NCBI GenBank assembly: GCA_050950285.1
Contig: JBMNHG010000011.1
Span: 310,001-374,000 of the forward strand
DNA: 64,000 bases
Direction: 5' to 3'
Source of the DNA: Kiritimatiellia bacterium
GTDB taxonomy: Bacteria; Verrucomicrobiota; Kiritimatiellia; RFP12; JBMNHG01
A program made the position numbers and the translations under genes. This document shows, piece by piece, positions 33,001-44,092 of this stretch. Below the pieces are notes generated by a model. That model had not been told where the DNA came from and ran no database searches. It saw nothing but the letters and a program-made list of their open reading frames with translations. Position 1 is the first letter of the stretch. The number at the start of each line of letters is the position of its first letter.

Positions 33001-36000
33001 TGGACGTCTCGGTGACTTCGGCGGGCCTGGTCAACATCTCCGAGGCGGACGATGTGACGCTGGCGGACGTTGACACCGCCGACGGCTCGATTACCGTGAC
33101 GGCGGGCGGGACGATCACCGCGACGGACGTTGCGAGCCTGACGGACAAGGACGGCAACGACATCACCCTTACGGCCTCCTCGGGGGACATCGTGGTGGGG
33201 ACGGTGACCGCGGGCGCGACGCACGGGGACGTGACCCTGACCTCTACGGCCGGCTCGATCAAGCAGGGCGATGCGACGGCGCAGGTGACAGGCACGGATG
33301 TGAAGCTGACGGCGGGGACGACGATCGGCGCGACGGACGCACGGCTGGGCACGAAGGCCGGGACGATCGAGTTCACGGCCGGCGGCAATGTCTACATCAC
33401 GGAGGCCGACGGTGTGACGGTGGCGGGCAAGACAACGGCCAACAACGGCCTGATCGACATCAAGACAACGGGCGGGACACTGACGGTCGGCGCGGTCGGC
33501 GATCAGACGGGTCTTTCCGCTCACGGTTCCGGCAGCGTGACTCTCGTCGCGCAGGGCGACGACAGCGACGTGGAGGTGAAGCAGAAGGTCTCCTCCGGCA
33601 GCGGCAAGATCTCGGTCACGGCTGCGGATGCGGTTAGCCTGGACGAGGGCCTGACGACGGGCGGCGGCAAAGTCACGGTGACGGCCACCGGTGGAGATGT
33701 GACGAGCAAGGATGCGGGCACGATCAAAACGACGGCCGCCGCCAACAGCGGCACCGCCTCGGGCGCTGTGGATGTGAACGCCGGTGGCGCAGTGAATCTG
33801 GCCGGCGCGATCACCACGGCCGGCGCGGCCAATAATAACGGAGCCGGCAGCGACGGCGGCACGGTGACCGTCACGACGACCGACGGTGCCGTCACGCTTG
33901 CGGCTGTGACGACATCGGGAGGCGCCTCGACGTCTGCCGGAGCCAATGGCGGCAACGCCGGCAACATCACCGTGACCAGCGGCGATGCCGGTGACGACGC
34001 GACGCACGACATATCATTAAGCGGTACATTGACGGCTCTCGGCGGAGCAGCCGGTCCTGGCGGCACGGACGGAACAGATGGCATGGTCGTCCTTAACGCG
34101 GATGGTGCGATCATAGACCAGCAGAACGACAAGGTTGGGCATGATGACGAAGGCTTTGCGAAGCAGACGGCTTCTCCGCCGGACGATGATCGCGTTGTCA
34201 ATATCGCGGCCGGTCAATTGAAGTTGACCGCCAAGGGGGATATTGGTGCCGCAGGCAATCCGCTGGACATCACCGTTGATACACTGGCGGCTCAATCTGC
34301 AAATGGCAGCATCTATCTGTATGAAACCGATGCGCTGACCATCGGCACGGTTGACGGACTTTCCGGCGTGACTGCGGACAACCACGCCAAGGTCGAGACG
34401 ATTGACGGAACGTTGACGGTCGACCAGGCGGTGAAGGCCACGAAGGGCGACGTTCTTCTGGCGGCGAACGACCAGACGCCCGAGGCGGCTCCCTTCTCAG
34501 ATGTGATCCTGAAGGCGGGCGTGACGGCCGGCGGCAACGTGACGGTGCTGGCGCGCGACTCGGTCGAGCAGAAGGTTGTACGAGAGCACGGGCGTGAAGG
34601 TCGACAACGTGGCCTTCGCGGGCGTGAACCGCGTCAGGCTCGACTCCGACACGACGGCGGTCGTCGGCAAGGACGACCTGGGCGGCCTGGCCGCCGGTAA
34701 TCACGCCAAGCTGGAGACGATCGACGGCGATCTGACGGTCGACCAGGCGGTGAAGGCCACGAAGGGCGACGTTCTTCTGGCGGCGAACGACCAGACGCCC
34801 GAGGCGGCTCCCTTCTCAGATGTGATCCTGAAGGCGGGCGTGACGGCCGGCGGCAACGTGACGGTGCTGGCGCGCGACTCGGTCGAGCAGAAGGTCGTTC
34901 TGGATGCCAACGATAAGCTCCAGAGCCAGGGCGACATCACGGCCGGCGGCACGATCGACGTCCAGGCATACGGCGGCTCGATCGTGATGGAGACGCGCAA
35001 GGGCAAGGACGCTTCCGATCAGGCCGCGTGGTTCGACACGGTCTCCCAGACCCAGGGCAAGAACATCCGCTACGAGGCGAAACAGGACGTGAAGCTTGGC
35101 GTGCTGGACGCGCGGACGGCGGCGGACCGGGCATCTGGCAAGCTGGATGAGCAGGCCAACTGGGGCGATGTCGCGGTTGTTGCCGGCGGCAGCATTTCGG
35201 ACGCCCGGACTGATACGGTTGAACACGAGGCCGATGGTTTTGCAAAACAAAACGGCGACAAGCGCACCGTGAATGTGTTTGCGGAAGATGCGGCGTTCAC
35301 CGCCACGGCCGGCTCGGTCGGGCAGGCGGGCAATCCGTTGGACACCGAGGTCGCCACGCTGGCGGCGTCGGCCACGGCGGACGGCGGCAGCATCTACCTG
35401 TACGAGAGCACGGGCGTGAAGGTCGACAACGTGGCCTTCGCGGGCGTGAACCGCGTCAGGCTCGACTCCGACACGACGGCGGTCGTCGGCAAGGACGACC
35501 TGGGCGGCCTGGCCGCCGGTAATCACGCCAAGCTGGAGACGATCGACGGCGATCTGACGGTCGACCAGGCGGTGAAGGCCACGAAGGGCGACGTTCTTCT
35601 GGCGGCGAACGACCAGACGCCCGAGGCGGCTCCCTTCTCAGATGTGATCCTGAAGGCGGGCGTGACGGCCGGCGGCAACGTGACGGTGCTGGCGCGCGAC
35701 TCGGTCGAGCAGAAGGTCGTTCGGGATGCCAACGATAAGCTCCAGAGCCAGGGCGACATCACGGCCGGCGGCACGATCGACGTCCAGGCATACGGCGGCT
35801 CGATCGTGATGGAGACGCGCAAGGGCAAGGACGCTTCCGATCAGGCCGCGTGGTTCGACACGGTCTCCCAGACCCAGGGCAAGAACATCCGCTACGAGGC
35901 GAAACAGGACGTGAAGCTTGGCGTGCTGGACGCGCGGACGGCGGCGGACCGGGCGTCGGGCAAGCTGGATGAGCAGGCCAACTGGGGCGATGTCGCGGTT

Positions 36001-38874
36001 GTTGCCGGCGGCGGCATTTCGGACGCCCGGACTGATACGGTTGAACACGAGGCCGATGGTTTTGCAAAACAAAACGGCGACAAGCGCACCGTGAATGTGT
36101 TTGCGGAAGATGCGGCGTTCACCGCCACGGCCGGCTCGGTCGGGCAGGCGGGCAATCCGTTGGACACCGAGGTCGCCACGCTGGCGGCGTCGGCCACGGC
36201 GGACGGCGGCAGCATCTACCTGTACGAGAGCACGGGCGTGAAGGTCGACAACGTGGCCTTCGCGGGCGTGAACCGCGTCAGGCTCGACTCCGACACGACG
36301 GCGGTCGTCGGCAAGGACGACCTGGGCGGCCTGGCCGCCGGTAATCACGCCAAGCTGGAGACGATCGACGGCGATCTGACGGTCGACCAGGCGGTGAAGG
36401 CCACGAAGGGCGACGTTCTTCTGGCGGCGAACGACCAGACGCCCGAGGCGGCTCCCTTCTCAGATGTGATCCTGAAGGCGGGCGTGACGGCCGGCGGCAA
36501 CGTGACGGTGCTGGCGCGCGACTCGGTCGAGCAGAAGGTCGTTCTGGATGCCAACGATAAGCTCCAGAGCCAGGGCGACATCACGGCCGGCGGCACGATC
36601 GACGTCCAGGCATACGGCGGCTCGATCGTGATGGAGACGCGCAAGGGCAAGGACGCTTCCGATCAGGCCGCGTGGTTCGACACGGTCTCCCAGACCCAGG
36701 GCAAGAACATCCGCTACGAGGCGAAACAGGACGTGAAGCTTGGCGTGCTGGACGCGCGGACGGCGGCGGACCGGGCATCTGGCAAGCTGGATGAGCAGGC
36801 CAACTGGGGCGATGTCGCGGTTGTTGCCGGCGGCAGCATTTCGGACGCCCGGACTGATACGGTTGAACACGAGGCCGATGGTTTTGCAAAACAAAACGGC
36901 GACAAGCGCACCGTGAATGTGTTTGCGGAAGATGCGGCGTTCACCGCCACGGCCGGCTCGGTCGGGCAGGCGGGCAATCCGTTGGACACCGAGGTCGCCA
37001 CGCTGGCGGCGTCGGCCAAGGCGGGCGGCAGCATCTACCTCTACGAGAGCACGGGCGTGAAGGTCGACAACGTGGCCTTCGCGGGCGTGAACCGCGTCAG
37101 GCTCGACTCCGACACGACGGCGGTCGTCGGCAAGGACGACCTGGGCGGCCTGGCCGCCGGTAATCACGCCAAGCTGGAGACGATCGACGGCGATCTTACC
37201 GTCAACAAGCCGGTGAAGGCCACGAAGGGCGACGTGCTGCTGGCGGCCAAGGAAGGCGATCTGACGATCGATGCCGCTGTCGATGCCGGAAGGCACGCGG
37301 GGCTGATCGCCAGCGGAAAGGTTGACGAGAACAAGGCCGTGTCGGCAGGGGAGAGCAAGACGGTTCAGGCCGGCGGGGATGTCGTGATCAACGAGTCCGG
37401 CAATGCGCGGGATCTCTACTACACGACCGGTGGCGACATCACGATCAAGACCCTGATCACGGCCGACAACAGCGTCGCGCTCGACGCCGGTGGCGACATC
37501 ATCCATGGCCAGCTCGCAGAAAAAGATGACATCAAGGCCCAAAACATCCTGCTGCTGGCCGGTGGCGATATCGGCGAAGGCAACCGCGTAGTGACCGATG
37601 CCGACACGCTGGCGGCGCGCGCGGGCGGCAGCATCAGCCTGCTGGAAAAGGGCGATGTCAACATCGCCTCGCCCGGTGTCATGGTGAAGGTTCCCCAGCT
37701 CGACTCGACCACCCGCGATGTCGGCGCCAATGCCAGCGGCATCCAGGCCGGCGGGGAGCTCGATCTGGAGATCGAGGGGAACGCGAATGCCAACACGATT
37801 GCCGCGGGCGGCAATGCCGACGTGAATGTCGGCGGCAGCCTCGATGCGGGCACGATCACCGTCGGCCGCCAGTTCAACCTGGATAGCGGCGACTTCTCCT
37901 TCGACCGCCTGCGGGCCGGTTCGGTCGAGGCGACGACCGGCAACATCCGCATGGGCGATGTGCAGACCGGTTCGGCGCGCTTCGACTCCTCCGGCAACAT
38001 CACCTACGGCAACGGCACCCTGCGCGCCAGCCGCCTGGAGATGACCGCCAGGGGCAGCATCGGCGCCAACAACCGTCCCCTGATGCTGGATGTCGGCACC
38101 ATCGGCAACGCCAGGGCCGGACGCGACCTCTACCTGCGCGAAGTCTCCGGCGACATGAACATCGCCGGCCAGGTGGTGGCCGGGAACCATCTCCAGCTCG
38201 AAGTCCCCGCCGGCAACATCGTGGATGCCGACAACGACGGCCGTGTGCCGATCAATAGCATCGGACCCGGCAATGCCGACGTGGTGGCGCGGACGGCGAA
38301 ACTGGACGCCCGCAAGGTCGGCACTGCTGCCAACCCCCTCGAGGTCTCGATTGCCGGCATGCTGACGCTGGACTCGACGAAAGCGGCTGACAAGAACGAT
38401 CCGGGCTACCTCTGGGTGCACATCAACGGTCGTGTTGGCAAGGGTGCGCTCGACATCGAGTACGGGGAAGGCAGGAACGTTCCGGGCCTGATCATCTACA
38501 ACGGCCAGCTGGTCGGCGGCGATGCCGCCCTGCTGCGCCAGGTGTTCCGTGCAGAGGCCTTCATTGTCGAGACCCCCGAACTCCGCTCGCGCCAGGGCGT
38601 CTTCGGCAACCCCTTCTTCGTGCATACCGATCTGGACGTCGCGGAAGCCACCGCACTGGGCTTGTTCGACTTCCTGATGGCCGGGCGCGCCAGCATCATC
38701 GTTGCCGGCGATGAAGAGACAGCCCGCACGCTGATTGATTGGGACGTTGACCAGCTGCTCATCAGTGCAGCAATTGACCCTCCCGGCCTGCGGCGGTTGT
38801 ATGTTCGGAACTTCTACGAGGAGGCCGCCCAGGAGAAGGCGGCCAAGGAACAGCCTGCGGGAAACAAACCATAA
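30084..38874 (+). CDS. TpsA filamentous-haemagglutinin-like exoprotein (~2900 aa); frameshifts at 32.65-33.0 kb and ~34577
   Basis: TPS domain (FNIGASE, ILNRI, ANGKVYLINPNGIIFG, GGFVETSG, GTWLIDP), then continuous beta-helix repeats across ORFs 30084, 32635, 33012 and 34576. Confidence 0.92.
32045..33075 (+). repeat. ~325-bp tandem repeats (3+ copies) in TpsA
   Basis: Recurring GLINISEADDVTLADVDT...GAVTLTAGNAAKTAKILDDA. Confidence 0.85.
34380..37240 (+). repeat. 822-bp (274-aa) near-perfect tandem repeats in TpsA, three copies plus partial units
   Basis: Identical ORF-track shadows at 34701, 35523 and 36345. Confidence 0.95.
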
Positions 38875-38967
38875 CACCGAGGGACGTTCGTCGTGTCTTG
38901 TTGTAAATCAATTGTGACCAACACCCACCACCAGTCGACCGGTGGTGGATGGAACGAGGTGCGCTTT

Positions 38968-41901
38968 ATGAAACATCTATTCAGGCTTGCATGTGCCGTT
39001 GTGCTGATCCACGGAAGCGTGAGCGCGCAAGTCGCGCCCGGTGCATTTGTGGTGCGCCAACTGGACGATAGCCGCTCGCCGTTGCTGGACATAGCGATCG
39101 ACTCTCCTCTTCGAACGGGCGCGGCGGAAGTGACCTATCTGGAATTGGGGGGCGACGGGAACCCTTTCCCCGGATCATCCGCCCACACGGCCGCAGCAAC
39201 GCCGGGCAGAGATTACCTGCAGGGGCGTGCGGCCTATCCCATGAACGTCCCGTTTTGCCGGGTCATCATGACGTGGTCTGCACCTGTTCGGGACGTCGTG
39301 GGTTTTTGCGGCAAATTGGACAAACGTGGCGGGGTGTATCTCGGTGGCGGACTCGCTTCCTGGTCCAAAGTGGCTGCCGGATCGGTCTCGTTTGGTGTTT
39401 ATGATCCATGCGAGGGAAAACTGCATGTAGTAGCGGATGCCGGTAGCGCGTGGCGCACGCTCCGGCAGTCGTCGGAAGCGTGGATAGAAAGCCATCCCCG
39501 TGGCTTCTTCCGCGCTCTCACGGGAAACTACGACAAGGGTTTCCGGCCTTTGGACGAGGTGTTGCGGAACCTTCGCGATTCGGTGGCCGGAGTCGATCCG
39601 GCAGGGGTTGCGCAGACGCTTGTGATTGTCGTGGGCCGCTTTTCCACCTCCCAGAACCAAAACAATGCGCTGCGTATCGATTCCAACATTGCGCAGACAT
39701 TGCAGGCGGTTGCCGTGTACGACATGGGCTCGACAGTCGAAACGCGCAAGTCGGTGCTTGATGGACTGAGATCGTGGCAGACTTGCGGAACGCTGATCGG
39801 CTGGGAGAAGCTCAACGAGCGTAGCGGCGGCCGCCGGATGCCGTTGGCGAAGTTCTATGAGACGTCTCATGCCCTGCTCGTTGACATGGTCGGCGAGCGG
39901 CGACTCGCGACGGTGAAAACCCAGCGTCCTGACCATGCCGCCACCAGCCCCTTCCGGATAGGGTGGGTTGGCGCACCCGACGTTTGCACGGTGGTGCTGA
40001 GGCGCCAGAAGCCCACCGAGGCGATTGCCCGTCGGATCAAGGAGTTGTGGGGGGCGATCCGCGAACGGCTGGTTGCCCATGATTATTTGCCTACGCTTGC
40101 CATGAAAAAGGAGCTGGAGAGCTTGGATCCGGCGGAAGCCGTGGCGGCAGCCAAGGAGATCATCGCCGCCTGGCAGTCCCAGATCGAGGCGGTCGCCAAG
40201 CGCGGCAGCCTGGATGAGGCGGCAAAGATTCTGGCGGTTTTCCGCAAGTCCGGATTGCCTTCCGAGGCGGATGTCGCGAAGTCTGCCGAAGTGATTTGTG
40301 CTGTATGGGGTGAAAAAATTGCGGACTTGATCTCGGTTGGCAAGCTCCCGGATGCAGCGCAGGTTTTCAAGAGCCTCCGAGAGACGGGGCTGGCATCGGA
40401 AGAGTTGTTGAAAGAGCTTGCTGGAAGTGTCAAGGTTGCATGGTTGGAGACTATCGTTTCCAAGGCATGGGCAGGGGATCTGGGTGGCGCACGGGCCGAA
40501 CTCGAGCGCTTGCGTCAGTCGGATCTGCCGGACGCGGCCGAAATGGATGTCAGTGCCGTGACAATGCTGTGGGCCTTCACCCAAGGGCGTCTGGAGGCAT
40601 ATGATAACGCTGTGGCGCAGGGCGACCAGCAGGCCGCGCTTGCGGTGCGTGCCGCCATGTCCATCGTTCCCCAGGAAATCAGGCAGCTTGGCGGTTCGCG
40701 GGCGGATGATTCCAGAATGGTGGCAATCGTGGCCGCCTGGCTGCGCACGACGTTGGATCATGCGCAAGATCTGTATGCGACAGCGCCTATGATAGACGAC
40801 TGGGAATTGATCAGGAGAGCCCTCCTGCACTGCGAGAAGATTCCTGTTCCTGTGGAATGGCAGCAATTGTGGCGTGTCGCGGTCGAGGGAGATGGCATGG
40901 GGGTGGTTGATGAGGTGCGCGACGGAATCAAGTCGACCGAGGCGATGACCCCGGCCTATCTCTCGTTGCTGCGGGGCGAAACGCTGCGTGCGGGGATGAC
41001 GGTCGCCCGTGATGCCGCGAAAAGCCGTGCGCTTTCGGCCGAGGATTTCGTCGCCGCCATCCAGCGCGGCTTCAAGATGGTGGACAGCAACCAGCGCATC
41101 TTCTACGCGGAGGCATCCAGTACGTTTTTCGAGGAGACGCCGTTGCTTTGGAAGCTCAACGAGGAAGCGCCAGACGGTTTGCCGCCGCTGGATCGCGATT
41201 TCCTGGACCGCGTCACGGAAAAAGAGAGGGCGGTGTTGACGCCGCTCGAAGTCGCCATCACACCCAAGCAGACACGCCAGCTCTGCTGGCTCTGGCTTCC
41301 CTATGGGCCGGATGCCATGGTGGCAATCAAGGTTTGCGGCGAGCTGACCGATCACGAACGCAGCGTCATTCGCAAGGCTTTTGCTGATGGACTCGAAAAG
41401 GAGGATGCGCAACGCGCCGCTGAACTGGGTGGGGCGGGTGTGATGGCGCATGTCGCCATGGCCACCATGGTCCGCAGTCTGGATGTGACCGTCGATCTCA
41501 ACAAGGAGGACAAGCCGGTGGAATCCAGCGCGGATGCGGCCTGGGACTATTTGAAGAGGTTGACCGAGGCGTTGCCGATGGAAGAGGCCTTCGCGCATCT
41601 TCACCGTCTTGGTCGTCCCGAGGGTGCGGCGGATGCGGCCTGGTCGGTACTTGAGGAGACGGATTTGCCGGAGGATAGGCGGCCGACAGAATTCACGGAA
41701 GGTGCACCATCGGATGCCCGTTGCGAAGAGGATCGCATGGTGACCGTGCCGGCCGTGCCCTTCCGCCGCCAGTACCGCTCTGGCGGCACCTGGGTGCAGG
41801 AGTTCTGCGTGCCCTTCCGTGTCAAGCGCGGTTTTCCGGTTGCCACCCTGCGGCTGGCATTGCCGATTCTGGTGGATATCGATGAGGAGGTCGAGCAATG
41901 A
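38968..41901 (+). CDS. Large exported hypothetical protein (~977 aa) with three ~45-aa helical repeats
   Basis: ATG 38968 after GAGG; signal peptide ending VSA; stop overlaps the next ATG. Confidence 0.75.
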   Translation: MKHLFRLACAVVLIHGSVSAQVAPGAFVVRQLDDSRSPLLDIAIDSPLRTGAAEVTYLELGGDGNPFPGSSAHTAAATPGRDYLQGRAAYPMNVPFCRVIMTWSAPVRDVVGFCGKLDKRGGVYLGGGLASWSKVAAGSVSFGVYDPCEGKLHVVADAGSAWRTLRQSSEAWIESHPRGFFRALTGNYDKGFRPLDEVLRNLRDSVAGVDPAGVAQTLVIVVGRFSTSQNQNNALRIDSNIAQTLQAVAVYDMGSTVETRKSVLDGLRSWQTCGTLIGWEKLNERSGGRRMPLAKFYETSHALLVDMVGERRLATVKTQRPDHAATSPFRIGWVGAPDVCTVVLRRQKPTEAIARRIKELWGAIRERLVAHDYLPTLAMKKELESLDPAEAVAAAKEIIAAWQSQIEAVAKRGSLDEAAKILAVFRKSGLPSEADVAKSAEVICAVWGEKIADLISVGKLPDAAQVFKSLRETGLASEELLKELAGSVKVAWLETIVSKAWAGDLGGARAELERLRQSDLPDAAEMDVSAVTMLWAFTQGRLEAYDNAVAQGDQQAALAVRAAMSIVPQEIRQLGGSRADDSRMVAIVAAWLRTTLDHAQDLYATAPMIDDWELIRRALLHCEKIPVPVEWQQLWRVAVEGDGMGVVDEVRDGIKSTEAMTPAYLSLLRGETLRAGMTVARDAAKSRALSAEDFVAAIQRGFKMVDSNQRIFYAEASSTFFEETPLLWKLNEEAPDGLPPLDRDFLDRVTEKERAVLTPLEVAITPKQTRQLCWLWLPYGPDAMVAIKVCGELTDHERSVIRKAFADGLEKEDAQRAAELGGAGVMAHVAMATMVRSLDVTVDLNKEDKPVESSADAAWDYLKRLTEALPMEEAFAHLHRLGRPEGAADAAWSVLEETDLPEDRRPTEFTEGAPSDARCEEDRMVTVPAVPFRRQYRSGGTWVQEFCVPFRVKRGFPVATLRLALPILVDIDEEVEQ

Positions 41902-42545
41902 GCGTTTCAAGAAAAACGTATGGCCACTACGGGGTGCTGCGCCCATTGGCGCTATCTGCGGCGATGGTGCTTGGAATCGCGATCTGCCGGGCTGATGGCG
42001 TGGCGGAGGACATGGCTTCCGGCACCGGGTCTGGAATGGGGGACACAGCCATCTTGCGCGATTGGGAAAAGGACTCCATCGCCAGCATCGAATACAGCGC
42101 CAACAAGCGCGACGGCCAGCGTGTCATGCTTCTGGGCTATGTCGCCGAGACGCAGGCCTCCGACGCTACGATGGGGGACGCGTACATGCTGATGGGATAC
42201 GGCAAAGGCTCTATCCTGGTTCAGTCCTACGGGCGGCGGCCCATGCCGAACGACGACGTGCTGCTGCTGGGCATCGTGCATGTCGATCTCGGTGACCCAT
42301 ACGAGCGGATCTTCGTCAGCGAGATTGGCCGGTTTGACGTGGACCGCGAACAGGTACGCGACTGGGCCAACCACAGCGAGTTGTTTGCCATCGAGAACTG
42401 TTTCCGGACACGGGTTTGCGTCAATGACGCCGGGCAGGTCTTGCCTCCGATCTCGGTGGGCGATTATTTTGAAAGAGGGAAACGCACGACGAAGGCGGAA
42501 CTTGACAAGCACTTGGAAGCTGGCAAAACCGTGGCGCAACCCTGA
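41898..42545 (+). CDS. Exported hypothetical protein, paralogue of the ectodomain of the downstream FHA protein
   Basis: Signal peptide; RVMLLGYV / RPMPNDDVLLLGIVHVD / ENCFRTRVCVNDAGQVLPP align with 42615-44000. Confidence 0.75.
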   Translation: MSVSRKTYGHYGVLRPLALSAAMVLGIAICRADGVAEDMASGTGSGMGDTAILRDWEKDSIASIEYSANKRDGQRVMLLGYVAETQASDATMGDAYMLMGYGKGSILVQSYGRRPMPNDDVLLLGIVHVDLGDPYERIFVSEIGRFDVDREQVRDWANHSELFAIENCFRTRVCVNDAGQVLPPISVGDYFERGKRTTKAELDKHLEAGKTVAQP

Positions 42546-42614
42546 TTTTTCGGCTTCTTCCATACGGAAGCGGATCGTTTCACAGGCAGTTGGAGCAGAC
42601 AGGAGAGAACAGGC

Positions 42615-44000
42615 ATGAACACAACGAGCAGTAAAGCAGGCAGGATGACCGCAAGAACCGCATGGCGTGGCTGGCTGGGCGGCGCGTTGGCGGTGTGGCT
42701 GGGCTGGGTTGGCATGGTGTCGGCCCAAACGGGAGGCGGGGAGGGTGGCCCCTCTATGGTCTTCCGACATTGGAAGCATACCACGGTAGAGGTTCTCAGC
42801 AAATGGAATCCGAACGACGAGCGAAGCGTCAATTGGCGGCAGCAACGCGTGCGTCTGATCGGTTGGGTCAGCAGCACGAAAGCGGGCGGACCCGGCGAGG
42901 AGGACCAGTTCCAGATTTCCGACACCGCCGGATACGTATTCGATGTGCGGGCCGCCAGTTTTCGTCCGATGGTCAACGACTGGATCTACATTCTGGGAAC
43001 CGTGCAAGTCGATATCAAGGGCCGAGCATACTTGCAGGAGTATCAGCGTTTCCAGGTGAAAGGCAAGGATTTGGAGGATTTGCGCGAGTGGATGGATTTC
43101 AACCTTCCGAGCGACAAAACTCCGCTCCGGTATGCCGATGAAAACTGCTTCCGGCGCTTTGTCGTACTCAACAAAGCGGGCGAGCCTATGCCACCGCTAG
43201 GCAAGGGCGAATGGGAGAAGGGCACGGAAACCAGAATTGATGACATAGAGGAGTGGATTTCTACCGGAGAAGCCATCCGCCCGCCGAATGGTCAGACGGG
43301 GCAGACGGGGCAGACGACGGGGCAGCAGGTTGATCCTCCGCCAAATGAAAAAACGTGGCTGGAAGAGAATGGCTTGTGGCTCGTCATCATAGCGGTACTC
43401 CTGATCCTTATCTTTGGCGCAATGATTATTTTTAGGAATGGGGGGGGCAAGGGTGGCGGCAATACCGGCGGTTCCACGACTACGTCTGGTGGTAGGGACA
43501 AAGGTGATGGCGACGGCTCTGGCAAAGGTAGTGGCGAAGAGGAGCAGCCGCCGCAAAAGCCGTTGCGCGATACGGGCTTTGGCGATCCGGACAAGACGAA
43601 TGTGCTCGAGGATGGTTCCTCGCTGCTCTACAAGGATCAGACGCAGGTGTTGTGCGGCTACTCGCTCAAGATCCTCTCCGGCGGCACTTCGGCAGGGCTG
43701 ACGCTCTATTTGGGCAACAGCACGCTTCTGGGGAAGGCGGTGGACGACTACAAGGGCTACTTCATTAAGCTGCACATGGACGACCGCCCGGAACTGGCGC
43801 AGCATTGCAGCCGCCACTATGCCAAGATCACACATCGGGGTGATGCCTTGCCGGCCATTTTCGATGTCGAGGTGGTCAACAGTAGCGGGAACCCCGTGAC
43901 GGTGAATGGCGAGACGATCCGCCGAAAGGGTGCGACGCTTTCCGCGCAGGTCGGCAGCCGCATAAAGCTGATGCCGGACTGGGAGTTTGAGATTGTCTAG
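42615..44000 (+). CDS. Signal peptide + ectodomain + TM helix + cytoplasmic FHA domain
   Basis: TM LWLVIIAVLLILIFGAMIIF; FHA-like LLGK...CSRHYAKI...SGNPVTVNG. Confidence 0.75.
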   Translation: MNTTSSKAGRMTARTAWRGWLGGALAVWLGWVGMVSAQTGGGEGGPSMVFRHWKHTTVEVLSKWNPNDERSVNWRQQRVRLIGWVSSTKAGGPGEEDQFQISDTAGYVFDVRAASFRPMVNDWIYILGTVQVDIKGRAYLQEYQRFQVKGKDLEDLREWMDFNLPSDKTPLRYADENCFRRFVVLNKAGEPMPPLGKGEWEKGTETRIDDIEEWISTGEAIRPPNGQTGQTGQTTGQQVDPPPNEKTWLEENGLWLVIIAVLLILIFGAMIIFRNGGGKGGGNTGGSTTTSGGRDKGDGDGSGKGSGEEEQPPQKPLRDTGFGDPDKTNVLEDGSSLLYKDQTQVLCGYSLKILSGGTSAGLTLYLGNSTLLGKAVDDYKGYFIKLHMDDRPELAQHCSRHYAKITHRGDALPAIFDVEVVNSSGNPVTVNGETIRRKGATLSAQVGSRIKLMPDWEFEIV

Positions 44001-44044
44001 TTCCGGCTCTGCCGCACATGCCAGTGGCAATGGCTGATTGATGT

Positions 44045-44075
44045 GATTGCGGCAGCCGTTGCGGCTGCCGCAATC
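44045..44075. other. Perfect 14-bp stem-loop between the FHA and PP2C genes
   Basis: GATTGCGGCAGCCG-TTG-CGGCTGCCGCAATC. Confidence 0.7.
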
Positions 44076-44092
44076 GGTTTACGGGGGTGCCC

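Noticed and set aside
30084..38967. CDI toxin-immunity system (cdiBAI)
   Set aside because: No pre-toxin motif, recognisable toxin domain or small immunity ORF after tpsA.
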